From assembly GCA_963740355.1 (NCBI GenBank), contig CAVUDW010000003.1:1088001-1152000 (forward strand): a stretch of DNA of 64,000 nt, written 5' to 3'. This document shows positions 48,575-58,472 of the stretch, piece after piece. The position numbers and the translations under genes were made by a program. Source of the stretch: an uncultured Gemmatimonadaceae bacterium. GTDB lineage: Bacteria > Gemmatimonadota > Gemmatimonadetes > Gemmatimonadales > Gemmatimonadaceae. The first letter of the stretch is position 1; every line of letters starts with the position of its first letter. Under the pieces are notes generated by a model. That model searched no databases and was not told the origin of the DNA. It saw nothing but the letters and a program-made list of their open reading frames with translations.

Positions 48575-49951
48575 ATGCCTCATTCGCTCCTGTTCGCGAA
48601 GTCGCTCTCGCTCCTGCTCGAGGAAGTGCAAACCGCTGCTGACCTCACCATGGTCCGCAGTGGGCTGTTGCGTGTGCGGCGTTTCTCGCGCTCGCACGGC
48701 TTGACGCTCGAACTGTCCGAGGGGCGGCTGAGCGTCGACACGGTGCGCCTGACGCGGCCCTTGCCCGGCCTGCAGCGACTGATGTCGGCGATGGCCTCGC
48801 ACGGCGTGGCACAGATCAACCTCAGTGCCGGCGCCGTGCCGCGTGAGCTGTTGAAGCTGGCGATGCTGCTGGCACGCAAGCGGCCCGCGGACAGCGATAC
48901 GACGAGCATCTTCGAGGAGATTCGCGAAGCGTCGCTCTGGTATGTGCAGTGTTATCCAGTGCCGCGCGCGGGCTCACCGGAACAGGCCGATGCCTACGCC
49001 ACCGAGGTGGCACTCGATTCGGCCGGCGCGATCATGGCGCGCGGACAGGAGATTGCCCGACTCGCATCCGAGGCACTGCTTTCGGGCGAGACGCAGAAGC
49101 TCGCTGCGCTGATTGCCTCGGTGGTAGCGATCGAGAGTGTGGTCACACACAAGGAACTTCGACCGGCATGGTCGGCCGTCTTCGATTCGATGGCGACCCC
49201 GGAGGCGTTGCGTGCACTGGTGGTCTCGCTCCCGACGTGCGGAGACGCGATCGGCTCGGCGATGGCGACGCTCAAGCGATCGGGCGAAGCGGGTGCCGAG
49301 GCACTGATCGCCGAACTGCTCGCCAGCGACTCGATGGATGTGCGCCGTGCATGCTTCGACGCTTTGGTGGAAGTGCGGCGCGGCACCGGCGAACTGGTCA
49401 AGCTGCTCAATCACGAGCAATGGTTCGTGGTCCGGAATGCGGCGTGCCTGCTGGGCGCCTTCAAGTCCCGATCATCCGAGCCAGAACTGACGGAGTCGCT
49501 CACGCACACCGACGAGCGTGTGCGCGCGGCGGTCGTGACGGCGCTGCTCCAGATCGACACGCAATCATCACGCGCTGCGGTGCGTGGCATGATTCGCGAT
49601 GACTCGGCGGAGGTACGGCGGCGATCGGTGCGCGGATTCCTGGCGGAACAGGGGATGTTTTCCAACGTCGAGAAGCTGCTGCAGGCCCTTGAGCGAGAGA
49701 CCGAACTCGATGTGCAACTCGAGTTCCTTTACGCGCTTGGCACGTTGGCCACACCTGATGCCGTGCAGAAGCTGATTCGTCTCTGCTCGGTTGATGGGCA
49801 CAACCGTCCCCCCGATTTCCGGATTGCGGCGGCTGAGGCACTGGCATCGGCGCGACTCGGTGCCGCCGTGCCGATGCTGCGCGCGATGCTGAAAGATCCC
49901 GACCAACATGCGCGCGCTGCAGCGCGGCACCTGATTCGCGCGGTCAGCTGA
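48575..49951 (+). CDS. HEAT repeat domain protein
   Basis: Repeated helical units such as WFVVRNAACLLG, DERVRAAVVTAL, DPDQHARAAA. Confidence 0.8.
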   Translation: MPHSLLFAKSLSLLLEEVQTAADLTMVRSGLLRVRRFSRSHGLTLELSEGRLSVDTVRLTRPLPGLQRLMSAMASHGVAQINLSAGAVPRELLKLAMLLARKRPADSDTTSIFEEIREASLWYVQCYPVPRAGSPEQADAYATEVALDSAGAIMARGQEIARLASEALLSGETQKLAALIASVVAIESVVTHKELRPAWSAVFDSMATPEALRALVVSLPTCGDAIGSAMATLKRSGEAGAEALIAELLASDSMDVRRACFDALVEVRRGTGELVKLLNHEQWFVVRNAACLLGAFKSRSSEPELTESLTHTDERVRAAVVTALLQIDTQSSRAAVRGMIRDDSAEVRRRSVRGFLAEQGMFSNVEKLLQALERETELDVQLEFLYALGTLATPDAVQKLIRLCSVDGHNRPPDFRIAAAEALASARLGAAVPMLRAMLKDPDQHARAAARHLIRAVS

Positions 49952-49983
49952 CAGCAGGGGCGCCCTGGCATCGGCATGGCACG

Positions 49984-50604
49984 TCAGAAGATCAAGCCGA
50001 AGGTGACAGGAAAGGACTGAATCGACTTTGTATCGATAAGGCCTTGCTGCTTCGTGTACACGTTCTGAATTCGGGACTCGATGAACCCGTTGATTCGGCC
50101 CATGCGGAATGACAGTCCCGCGCCGCCGTCGAAGCCGATCTTCGTCGTCGAAAGCGTTTCTGCGCTCAGGTTGCCGTCAGCATTGAGCGCGTCTCGAATG
50201 TTGAACGCGCCGACACCGGCGAGGATGTAGGGGCGCACGGGTCCGGGGAGCAGGTCGAAGCGCAGCGATGCGATACCGCCAAGCTGGGTGCGTGTGGACC
50301 CGATGGGGCTTTCGCTGGAGGCTGCGCCGGCGCTGGCCTCTCCGAACTTCATGCGCGCGAAATCGGCGCCAATCCGCAATGCTGGGAGCCCCGGCGCCAG
50401 TCGGAGGAGCAAGTACGCCTGTCCGACGGCACCGGCCATCACGTCCTGATACCGCGCATTCGTTCGCGGAATGATTGCGCCGCCGCCAATTCCGAACTGC
50501 AGCGGCCGCGTGTTGTTGAAATCGCCGCCGCCTATTCCCTGACCGCCGGCGGTTGAAAGCGCGAGCAAGGCGGCGAGGCCAGCACAAGCAAGACGACGGG
50601 GCAT
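49984..50604 (-). CDS. Outer membrane beta-barrel protein
   Basis: Signal peptide, RPYILAGVG, C-terminal PVTFGLIF; AAGGAG Shine-Dalgarno. Confidence 0.8.
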   Translation of the reverse strand: MPRRLACAGLAALLALSTAGGQGIGGGDFNNTRPLQFGIGGGAIIPRTNARYQDVMAGAVGQAYLLLRLAPGLPALRIGADFARMKFGEASAGAASSESPIGSTRTQLGGIASLRFDLLPGPVRPYILAGVGAFNIRDALNADGNLSAETLSTTKIGFDGGAGLSFRMGRINGFIESRIQNVYTKQQGLIDTKSIQSFPVTFGLIF

Positions 50605-50722
50605 ACACGCGCTCCTTGTTGGGTTGTCACCGCAACAAGACGCCCCCATCCCGATTCATTCTCACCCGTCTACAGCAGCGGCAGAATTCCCGATCAACAG
50701 GTGGTCGGAACGCCCGGTGGGC

Positions 50723-51274
50723 TCAGAAGAAGTACCGCCGCCAACCGGTGACGTCCTTGCGGCGCATGCGCCAGAAGATCGCGATGCCGGAGATCGTCAG
50801 CGCAACCAGGGAGAGCGCCCAGAACATGGCCACGACGAGGCCGCCGTCGCCGAAGAATTCGCCGCTGTGCAGCCGGTTGAGGAAGGGCTTGTCGGCATAC
50901 GCCTCGACACTCACCAGCGCACCAGTGGTGGCGTTGACCACGAACTTCTGGTCTTCGCCGCCCGTCGGCTTCCCAGTGAAGATGGCGACGGTCGGTTCCG
51001 CGCCCTTCAACTGCAACACGACCTTGTCGATCGGTGCACCGGGCGCCTTTGCTGCGACCGTGGCGAATGCCTTCTCCAGCGGCGTGACGGCGCCGGCGGG
51101 CGTGGCAACCGTCACCGTGCTGACGAGATCGCGCGTCGCCTCGCGAAGCGCCTCGTCTTCACCGAAGAACTCAGTACCGGCGAGAATGATTCCGGTGACT
51201 GAGGCAAACAGCAGGAAGAGTGCAGCGGGGAAACCGATCCAGCGGTGCCAACGGCGCCAGAATGCAGGGGTCAT
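50723..51274 (-). CDS. PepSY-associated TM helix protein
   Basis: WRRWHRWIG...TG, LHSGEFFG...ISG motifs. Confidence 0.85.
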   Translation of the reverse strand: MTPAFWRRWHRWIGFPAALFLLFASVTGIILAGTEFFGEDEALREATRDLVSTVTVATPAGAVTPLEKAFATVAAKAPGAPIDKVVLQLKGAEPTVAIFTGKPTGGEDQKFVVNATTGALVSVEAYADKPFLNRLHSGEFFGDGGLVVAMFWALSLVALTISGIAIFWRMRRKDVTGWRRYFF

Positions 51275-51332
51275 GACGAGAACGGGGAAGAATGAAGGGT
51301 GCCGCTGAGGCGGCGTGAGAGCGTACGAACTG

Positions 51333-53792
51333 TCATTGCGGCGCCGACGCCCATCCGGTGAGAAGCCGTCGTGCCGCCGCGAAATGAGCGAGCAACCGGG
51401 GATGATCGGCCCCTGCATATCCGATTTCCAGCGCCTGGTCCGCCACATCCATCGCGCGCAGGAGGTCGCGGGCAGCAGCGACCTTGGCGGAAGGCTCGGT
51501 GCTGCCCACGCGATCGATCCATACCGGAGCGGTGTGTGCGTAGGCGTACGAATCCATCGCAGGCCAGGCTTTCGTTGCAGGCCCAGATACGCGAGCAGCG
51601 ATCCAGCCACCCGAGGGCAGTGTTGTCGAACCGCTGTAGTGCTTCGAGCCGGTGAACGCGGCGCCGGCACGACGATCGACGACGACGCCATTGACGAGAA
51701 TCTCGACGGTGTCGACCGGCACGGCCGAGTGCACATCGAGTTGCCATGCTTGTGGTGCGGCATTGCGTGCCACGACCTGGCCAGGCCCCGACCTACCGAC
51801 GTGGAAGTCGAGCATCGGTCCGTTCGAGACGAAGCTGCGTCCGGCCTTCAGTGCTGCGAAGTAGCTGCCAAGCTCCGACGGCCGATCGGGATGGACGTAG
51901 ACACGTGTGGTGCCGATGGCCATGGTGCGATAGAGGTTGTTCATGGCGTCGGTGCCAGCCGTGATCACCATCGGCATGCCAACGTTCAGCATCCGATACC
52001 AGAGATCGGCGGAGCCGCGTTCATCGCTCCACAAGCACGCAAGCTCGATGGCGTTGACGCGTCCTTGCACCGCATCGGCCACGAAGCCGAGTGGCAGACC
52101 ACGCAGCGATGCGGCGGAAGTGAAGGGATCAGCCGCCGGCACGGGGTGCACGTAGGTGCTGATTCCCCCATGCTCACGCGACCAGTCCAGCGCCTCGGCG
52201 TTGGGTCGATCGTCGCGCGCGTGCACGTCGTACCCTGGCCCCCAGATCCATGGCCAGAAGAGCGCCGAGGTGTTGAGCAATCCCACGTGCCCGAAGAAAT
52301 GCGCACGAACCTCCTGCGCCCACACGATCCACGGCTTGCTGCCGGTATGTCGCCAGGTGAAGAGCGGCTGATCCTCGAACCGTTGCGCAAGGTTCGCCAA
52401 CATCGGTGTCAACACGTCGAGGTCTTCGGCCTCGCCCATGCGCAACAGCGCCGTTGGATCGAGGTGATACGGACCACCGTAGTTGAGGTGGAAGTGGTGT
52501 TCGCCGCTCAGCCAGCCGTTGGCTCGCGCGTCCCACACCTGCGTCATCGTGATGGTGACGGTACGCGTCTCACCGGCGCCGACGCGCACACGCTGCGTGG
52601 CGGTCGGCGTCGCGATCCCCTGCACCGCTGCGATCTCGACTTCGCCGGCGGGGACGGTGACTTCCGTCGTGCCACCACTATAAAAGAACGCGATGCCGTT
52701 CTGCCCGTCGAATCGCATCTGACCGCTGTCCGGCACCACGGGATGCTGGCTGGCGCGAATCGAGAGCCGGGCGCTGACGGGCGCGCTGCGCGACACCATA
52801 CGCGTCACGACCCGCAGGCGGCCGGTGGCGGCGCCCCAGTGCCACTCCTTCACGGCCACATCCTGCGGCACACCACCAACGCTTGGCACCCGAGCCAGCA
52901 CCATGCGCTGCTGCGCGTCGGCGTGTGTGTACCAGATGGTGGCGCCGTCGCGACTGAACGCCGGCGTCAGCGGCACGAGACGCACATCGCGCATGACCTG
53001 CACGGTGGCGCCGGCCTGCTGCGAGTTCGTGAGGCGGAGCTCGTAGCCGTCCTGCGACGGCCAGGTGAGCGCCAATGAGCGCCCATCCGGGCTGACACTG
53101 CCGCGCGTCATGGAGAGAATGTTCCCCGATGCCAGCACAGTCTCCACGCCGGTTGCCAGGGTACGCCGCCGAACGAGGTCGCCACCAGCACGTGTCTTGG
53201 CGAGATAGATCAATGCGAGGCCATCAGGCGTGGGCATCGGCTCGATCTCGAGGCTGCCGACATGATCGGTGATGCGTGTCGTCGCCTTGGTGGCGAGGTC
53301 GATGCGCCAGATATCGATGTCGCCGGCGATGCCCGAGCTGTAAAACAGTGACTTGCCGTCCGGTGCGTAGGCGGGGTCGAGCACGATGGCCTTGTCCGCG
53401 ACGAGCGTCGTTTCCGTGCCTGTCGCAACATCGACCGTCACGATCGAGAGCATGCTGCCATCATCACGCAGGCAGGCGATGGCGCGACCGTCAGGGCTCC
53501 ATACTGGTCGCGCGTCGACTGCCGCGCCCTTCGTGAGCCGCGTCGCAACGCCACTGGCAATGTCGAAAACCCAGATCCAACCTCGCGACGCAAAGGCGAG
53601 GCGCTTGCCGTCCGGTGCTGGCGCGGGATCGATGGGGCCGTTCGTGAGCAGCGGCAGCTCGTACCCTTCCAGGTACACATGGTGGTTGAATCCGGCGACC
53701 TTCGGGTAGTGATTCGACCACTGCGCCTGCAGCGGTGTTCCCAGCCCAAGTGCGGCGGCCGCGGCACACAACCACCACCGGCGAACCATCAC
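51333..53792 (-). CDS. TolB-like PD40 repeat protein fused to a CehA/McbA-type PHP metallohydrolase
   Basis: SPDG repeats; WLSGEHHFH, GH, YVHP, AGTD, GRSFVSNGP, AHTAPVW. Confidence 0.8.
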   Translation of the reverse strand: MMVRRWWLCAAAAALGLGTPLQAQWSNHYPKVAGFNHHVYLEGYELPLLTNGPIDPAPAPDGKRLAFASRGWIWVFDIASGVATRLTKGAAVDARPVWSPDGRAIACLRDDGSMLSIVTVDVATGTETTLVADKAIVLDPAYAPDGKSLFYSSGIAGDIDIWRIDLATKATTRITDHVGSLEIEPMPTPDGLALIYLAKTRAGGDLVRRRTLATGVETVLASGNILSMTRGSVSPDGRSLALTWPSQDGYELRLTNSQQAGATVQVMRDVRLVPLTPAFSRDGATIWYTHADAQQRMVLARVPSVGGVPQDVAVKEWHWGAATGRLRVVTRMVSRSAPVSARLSIRASQHPVVPDSGQMRFDGQNGIAFFYSGGTTEVTVPAGEVEIAAVQGIATPTATQRVRVGAGETRTVTITMTQVWDARANGWLSGEHHFHLNYGGPYHLDPTALLRMGEAEDLDVLTPMLANLAQRFEDQPLFTWRHTGSKPWIVWAQEVRAHFFGHVGLLNTSALFWPWIWGPGYDVHARDDRPNAEALDWSREHGGISTYVHPVPAADPFTSAASLRGLPLGFVADAVQGRVNAIELACLWSDERGSADLWYRMLNVGMPMVITAGTDAMNNLYRTMAIGTTRVYVHPDRPSELGSYFAALKAGRSFVSNGPMLDFHVGRSGPGQVVARNAAPQAWQLDVHSAVPVDTVEILVNGVVVDRRAGAAFTGSKHYSGSTTLPSGGWIAARVSGPATKAWPAMDSYAYAHTAPVWIDRVGSTEPSAKVAAARDLLRAMDVADQALEIGYAGADHPRLLAHFAAARRLLTGWASAPQ

Positions 53793-55261
53793 GGCACCCT
53801 CACGACCAGCGCCTTGCCGGCGAACTGCGCCGGGTTGACGTTGCGAGTGCGCACAACCTTCCGCTTGCCACGTGATGGCCAGGTGACTTCGACATCGACA
53901 CGCTGCATCGACGTGAGTCCGAAGTGCACGGGCATGTCGCTTTGCGCGTTGTAGCCTGACCCGGTGTCGACGAGCTGGGTGCCGAGGATGCGCCGCGAGT
54001 TGGGTGCATAGATCCGGACTTCGGCACCGGCACGGGTGGCATGTCCCTTCCCGTCCAGCACGCGCACCATCAACGAGCGATGCGCCGCGGCGGAATCAAG
54101 GTCGTTGCGCAGCACGAAGTGCATGCCGCTGGCCTGGGCGCCGGTGAGTGCGAGATCGAGGTCACCATCCCCGTCGACATCGAACCAGAGCACACCGTGA
54201 TCGGCCTCCAGCGCGCGCAGGCTGTCAGGGGTCACGTCGGCGTACTTGCCGCCAGCGTTGTGGAAGAGGACATCGGGATAACTCTTGCCGCCGGTGACAG
54301 TACCGTTGACGTAGAGGTCGAGCGCACCATCGTGATCGAAGTCAGCGAAGGCGCATGCATCGTAGCGGCCGTCGGCATTGATGCCCCACGCGGCCGAGAC
54401 GTCGCTGAACATACCATCGCGCTTGAGGAACAGGCCGTTGGGTCCGTAGTTCGCGAAGAAGAGGTCGAGGTGCCCGTCGCCATCGGCATCCGCCGCACAC
54501 GGTCGCACGCTGCCATTGCTGGCGAGTTTCGGCGCACGCCCGCCCCAATCGACACCCATGGAGTCAGCCTTGTCGGTGAAGCGAGCGCCATCATTGCGGA
54601 AGAGCGCATTGGCGTCGCCATCCTGGTTGGCGACGAGGTAGTCGAGGTCACCATCCTCATCGGCGTCGACCCAGAGCGCGCCGACACTCTTGCGCGGATC
54701 GGCCAGGCCGACACTGTCGGCCATCTCGTGGAACACGGCCTTGGTGTTGCGGAACAGGAGGTTCGCCTTGTCGCGAAAGGCGACGGACAGATCGAGGTCA
54801 CCGTCACCGTCGAAATCGATGAAGCTGAACTGCCGCACACCACCGGTGGCGACGGTCACGCCGGCCGCGGCAGTGACGTCGACGAACCGACCGCCATCAT
54901 TCCGGAACAGCTGCAGCACGGACGTCGTCCCGGGCGCGTAGCCAACGAGCAGGTCGGGATCCCCGTCGTTGTCGTAGTCGGCCCACGCGGCCGATCGCAC
55001 GCCCCGTGCGACGTTGACGCCGGCTGCGGCGCCGACATCCACCAACGTTCCGCCGTCGTTGCGATAGAGGCGATTGGGCGTGCCACCAAAGCCGACAAAA
55101 AGATCCAGATCTCCATCGCCGTCATAATCGGCGGCGACGTTGGTGAAGCTCAGGCCAAGGCCGAGCACCTCGCGCTGGAGCACGGTGAAGTGCGGTGGTG
55201 CCGTGTCGAGCGCGATCGGCAGCAGGAACAACGGGGCGAGCAGTGCAGTGCGCATCGACAT
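53789..55261 (-). CDS. CRTAC1 family protein (FG-GAP/VCBS repeats plus ASPIC/UnbV domain)
   Basis: About 7 DxDxDGDLDL repeats; GSGYNAQS...VHFGL...VTWPS. Confidence 0.88.
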   Translation of the reverse strand: MSMRTALLAPLFLLPIALDTAPPHFTVLQREVLGLGLSFTNVAADYDGDGDLDLFVGFGGTPNRLYRNDGGTLVDVGAAAGVNVARGVRSAAWADYDNDGDPDLLVGYAPGTTSVLQLFRNDGGRFVDVTAAAGVTVATGGVRQFSFIDFDGDGDLDLSVAFRDKANLLFRNTKAVFHEMADSVGLADPRKSVGALWVDADEDGDLDYLVANQDGDANALFRNDGARFTDKADSMGVDWGGRAPKLASNGSVRPCAADADGDGHLDLFFANYGPNGLFLKRDGMFSDVSAAWGINADGRYDACAFADFDHDGALDLYVNGTVTGGKSYPDVLFHNAGGKYADVTPDSLRALEADHGVLWFDVDGDGDLDLALTGAQASGMHFVLRNDLDSAAAHRSLMVRVLDGKGHATRAGAEVRIYAPNSRRILGTQLVDTGSGYNAQSDMPVHFGLTSMQRVDVEVTWPSRGKRKVVRTRNVNPAQFAGKALVVRVP

Positions 55262-55379
55262 CTTTCGAGTGGTTCGAGGAACAAAACAGCGAATCGCAGA
55301 GAACTGCTCGCGCGTGCGCACCGCACCGACGGTCAACACATTCTTGCTCGTGCGTGCCGAACCAACGGTCCACACTCCC

Positions 55380-55532
55380 TCACGCGGAGCCGCGGGGGAC
55401 GCGGAGCCGCGGAGAACTGCTTAACAGCAAGGGAACTGCAAACTGCGGGGAACGGCAAACTGCAAGGATTTGAATTCCTGCTTTGGCTGTTGCTGTCCTC
55501 CGCGGCTCCGCGTTCCCCGCGGCTCCGCGTGA
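55380..55532. repeat. 153-bp element bounded by 35-bp inverted repeats (MITE-like)
   Basis: TCACGCGGAGCCGCGGGG(G/A)ACGCGGAGCCGCGGAG at 55380-55414 and inverted at 55498-55532 (one mismatch); interior rich in AACTGC. Confidence 0.85.
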
Positions 55533-55599
55533 TTCGTGTGGACAGTCCGTGCGTTGCCCCGGTCGCCACTGACGGCGGGAGCGCTGCACCGGGTCGACA

Positions 55600-56910
55600 T
55601 CACTTCATTGTGGCTGAAGAAGACGCGGCGACTTTTTCGACGGCTTCCATGACGCGGAGGAGGTTGCCGCCCCAGATCTTGCCGATCTGCTCCTCGGTGT
55701 AGCCGCGGCGCACGAGTTCGAGCGTGACGTTGAACGTTTCGCCGGCGTTGCGCCAGCCGTCTACACCGCCGCCGCCATCGAAGTCGGACGAGATGCCGAC
55801 ATGGTCGATGCCGATCATCTTCACCACGTAATCGATATGGTTGACGTAGTCGGCGACGTTGGCCGGCGTGTCGCCGAGGGTGCGGCGGGAGATGATCTCT
55901 TCCTGCTTGGCCAGGTAGGCGTTCTTGCGTTCCGTTGGCAGGGCGTCGATCTGGGCGCGGGCTTCGGCCTGCGCGGTGGCCGTGATACCGAACTCCTTCC
56001 GCAGGGCCGCGATCGCGTCGGCGCGGATCTGGTTGCGTTCGGCATCCTTGACCGGATCACACTTCACATAGCTGTTGAATGCGACCAGCTGGATAACGCC
56101 ACCGTTCTTGCCCATCGCGCGGATCTGCTCGTCATCGAGGTTGCGGCTATGATTGCAGATCGCGCGTACACCAGAGTGCGAGGCGATGATCGGCGCCTTC
56201 GACAGCTCGATCGTCTGCATCATCGAGGCCTTCGACGGGTGCGAAATGTCGATCATGATGCCGAGTCGATTCAATTCGCCCACCACCTGCTTGCCGAGCG
56301 GCGACAGTCCGTTCCATCGCCAGACACCATCCCGCTCACCGGTGTTCGAGTCGGAGAGCTGGCTATGTCCGTTGTGCGCAAGCGACATGTAACGTCCGCC
56401 CATTTCGTAGAACTTTCGCACGTTGGTGACGTCGGCACCGATCGGGAAACCATTCTCGATGCCGATGAAGATCACCTTGCGGCCGCTGGCGTAGATCGCC
56501 CGCGCTTCGGCCGCGGTGGTGGCGAGGCCGACACGCTGCGGAGCGATCTGCTCGGCGAGGCGATGAATGGCGGCGAACTTCTCGACCGCCTGTGCGTTGG
56601 CGCGCGCGAAGGCGGCGCTATCGAGTTCCGGCGTCTGACCGACGTAGACGACGAGGAAGGCGCCGTCGAGGCCCCCTTCTTCCATCTTCGTGATGTCGAC
56701 CTGCGTGCGCGGCAGCTTGGTGGCGTAGTTGACCGTATCGCTGCGGAAGTTGGCCGGGTTGATGTCGACGTGGGTGTCGATCGTGAGCACCCGCTCGTGG
56801 ATCCCGCGGGCCCGGGCGATCATCGCCTCGTCCGGCTGTTTCATGGTGGCTGCGGCGTGGGCGCAGCCAGTGAGCAGGAGCAGCAGGGAGAGCGACACGC
56901 GCGAGGTCAT
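55600..56910 (-). CDS. Membrane dipeptidase (peptidase M19) lipoprotein
   Basis: LTGC lipobox, IDTHVD, GIENG, IDISH, ASHSG, RNLDD, SSDFDG. Confidence 0.93.
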   Translation of the reverse strand: MTSRVSLSLLLLLTGCAHAAATMKQPDEAMIARARGIHERVLTIDTHVDINPANFRSDTVNYATKLPRTQVDITKMEEGGLDGAFLVVYVGQTPELDSAAFARANAQAVEKFAAIHRLAEQIAPQRVGLATTAAEARAIYASGRKVIFIGIENGFPIGADVTNVRKFYEMGGRYMSLAHNGHSQLSDSNTGERDGVWRWNGLSPLGKQVVGELNRLGIMIDISHPSKASMMQTIELSKAPIIASHSGVRAICNHSRNLDDEQIRAMGKNGGVIQLVAFNSYVKCDPVKDAERNQIRADAIAALRKEFGITATAQAEARAQIDALPTERKNAYLAKQEEIISRRTLGDTPANVADYVNHIDYVVKMIGIDHVGISSDFDGGGGVDGWRNAGETFNVTLELVRRGYTEEQIGKIWGGNLLRVMEAVEKVAASSSATMK

Positions 56911-57007
56911 GGCAGGCCCGATCCGGGGTTCGAGAGGGAGGATGCAGCGGTGAATCTGCACCATCTGCGCGCCGGGGGCAGGAAGTGTTGACCTTACGCG
57001 CACTCCG

Positions 57008-57676
57008 TCAGGCCGGCCGCAGCAGCACCCGGCAGGGAACGCCGTCCGCGTCGGCCAGCCGCACGGGGAGACAGACCATCTCGTACTGGCCAGCCGGGAT
57101 CTCGGCCAGGTAGAGGCCCTCGATGATCCAGATACCGGCGCCCAGCAGGTGGTGATGCACCGCGACACCGTTGTCGAGGTTGCCCACCGACAGGTAATCG
57201 ATGCCAACCGCGCGGATGCCGCGGGCGGCGAGGAGGGCCGCCGCATCGGGAGTGAAGCACGCAAAGCCGGCGTCGAACGGACGGCTGAACCAGGGCACAC
57301 TGGAGTTGCGAGTGCGGAACAGCACCCGCTCGCCCGACAGCAGGTCGAGCGGTTCGAGGGCGCTGGCCTCGATCATCGCGTCCTGCCTCAGATCGACGAC
57401 ACGTGCGAGGCCGACCGTGTCGCCCGGAGTCCAGTCGCTCATGGTGCGACCGTCGCGAATGAAATGGCGCATCGAATCCATGTGTGTGCCGGTGTGCGCC
57501 GACAGCGACAGTTTCGACGCCTGCACCTCGTCGCCCGCCTCATAGCTCAAGAAGTGCGCGACCTCCAACGTGGGATCGTCGGGCCAGGTCGGGAGCGCCG
57601 CACCGAGCGGCACCGAGACATCGCGCCAGTGAAGACTGAGAGGATCGAGAGACATGCGTGGTATAGGAATCTCCAT
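57008..57676 (-). CDS. Cyclase family protein (kynurenine formamidase-like)
   Basis: HTGTHMD, VGIDYLSV, HHHLLGAGIWIIEGL. Confidence 0.9.
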   Translation of the reverse strand: MEIPIPRMSLDPLSLHWRDVSVPLGAALPTWPDDPTLEVAHFLSYEAGDEVQASKLSLSAHTGTHMDSMRHFIRDGRTMSDWTPGDTVGLARVVDLRQDAMIEASALEPLDLLSGERVLFRTRNSSVPWFSRPFDAGFACFTPDAAALLAARGIRAVGIDYLSVGNLDNGVAVHHHLLGAGIWIIEGLYLAEIPAGQYEMVCLPVRLADADGVPCRVLLRPA

Positions 57677-57733
57677 GCTGCCTCAACGCAAGCGGGCGAA
57701 CGCGCACCACTCACGACCCGCGCCGAGCGGCTC

Positions 57734-58312
57734 TCACACCTTGGTGTCGTTCCCGTCGCTCAATGCCCGCCTCAGGAAGGCGCGGGCAACCGCCCAGTCG
57801 CGTTTCACCGTGGCTACCGACACATCCAGCGTCTCGGCCGTCTCCTCCACCGAGAGACCTCCGAAATACCGTAGCTCCACCACGCGCGCCTGGCGCGGGT
57901 CGAGCTGTGCGAGCCGATCGAGCGCGTCATTGAGATCGAGAATGTCGACGGCGCTTGCACTGTCGCCACCAATGTTCGCCGTCAACGCAACCCGCTCACC
58001 ACCGTCCCGCTTCAGCTGGTGACGTGCCCGCGCATGATCCACCAGCAAGCGACGCATGGCCTGCGACGCGATCCCGAAGAAGTGATGGCGATTCTGCCAG
58101 GCGACACGCTGCTGTCCCACGAGTCGCGAAAAGGCTTCGTGCACCAGCTCCGTTGGCTGCCAGGTGTGCCCCTCGTCCTCGCGACGCATCGCGGCGACGG
58201 CGATCACGTGCAGTTCTTCATAAACGAGCGTCGCCAGTCGGTTGGCGGCATCGGTGCCACCGGACGACAGCTCACCCAGCAGGCGCGTCACCTCATTCGC
58301 TTCATCCGGCAT
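57734..58312 (-). CDS. ECF sigma factor of the Ser/Thr-kinase-associated type
   Basis: LVYEELH, HTWQPTELVHEA, HFFGIASQAMRRLLVDHAR, VELRYFGGL, TVKRDW. Confidence 0.93.
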   Translation of the reverse strand: MPDEANEVTRLLGELSSGGTDAANRLATLVYEELHVIAVAAMRREDEGHTWQPTELVHEAFSRLVGQQRVAWQNRHHFFGIASQAMRRLLVDHARARHQLKRDGGERVALTANIGGDSASAVDILDLNDALDRLAQLDPRQARVVELRYFGGLSVEETAETLDVSVATVKRDWAVARAFLRRALSDGNDTKV

Positions 58313-58472
58313 TGCGTCGCCGGTCGCGACGGGATCACTGCGCATGCGCCTCTCGGTGACTGTGTGAATGCGGTCCGGCAGAGTCTGGCAGCGTGGTGCC
58401 GGAAGCGCAATATTCCAGCCCAGTTGCGGCCATCCCGACTGCCATCGACCACCCACTGCCTTCCTGACGACC

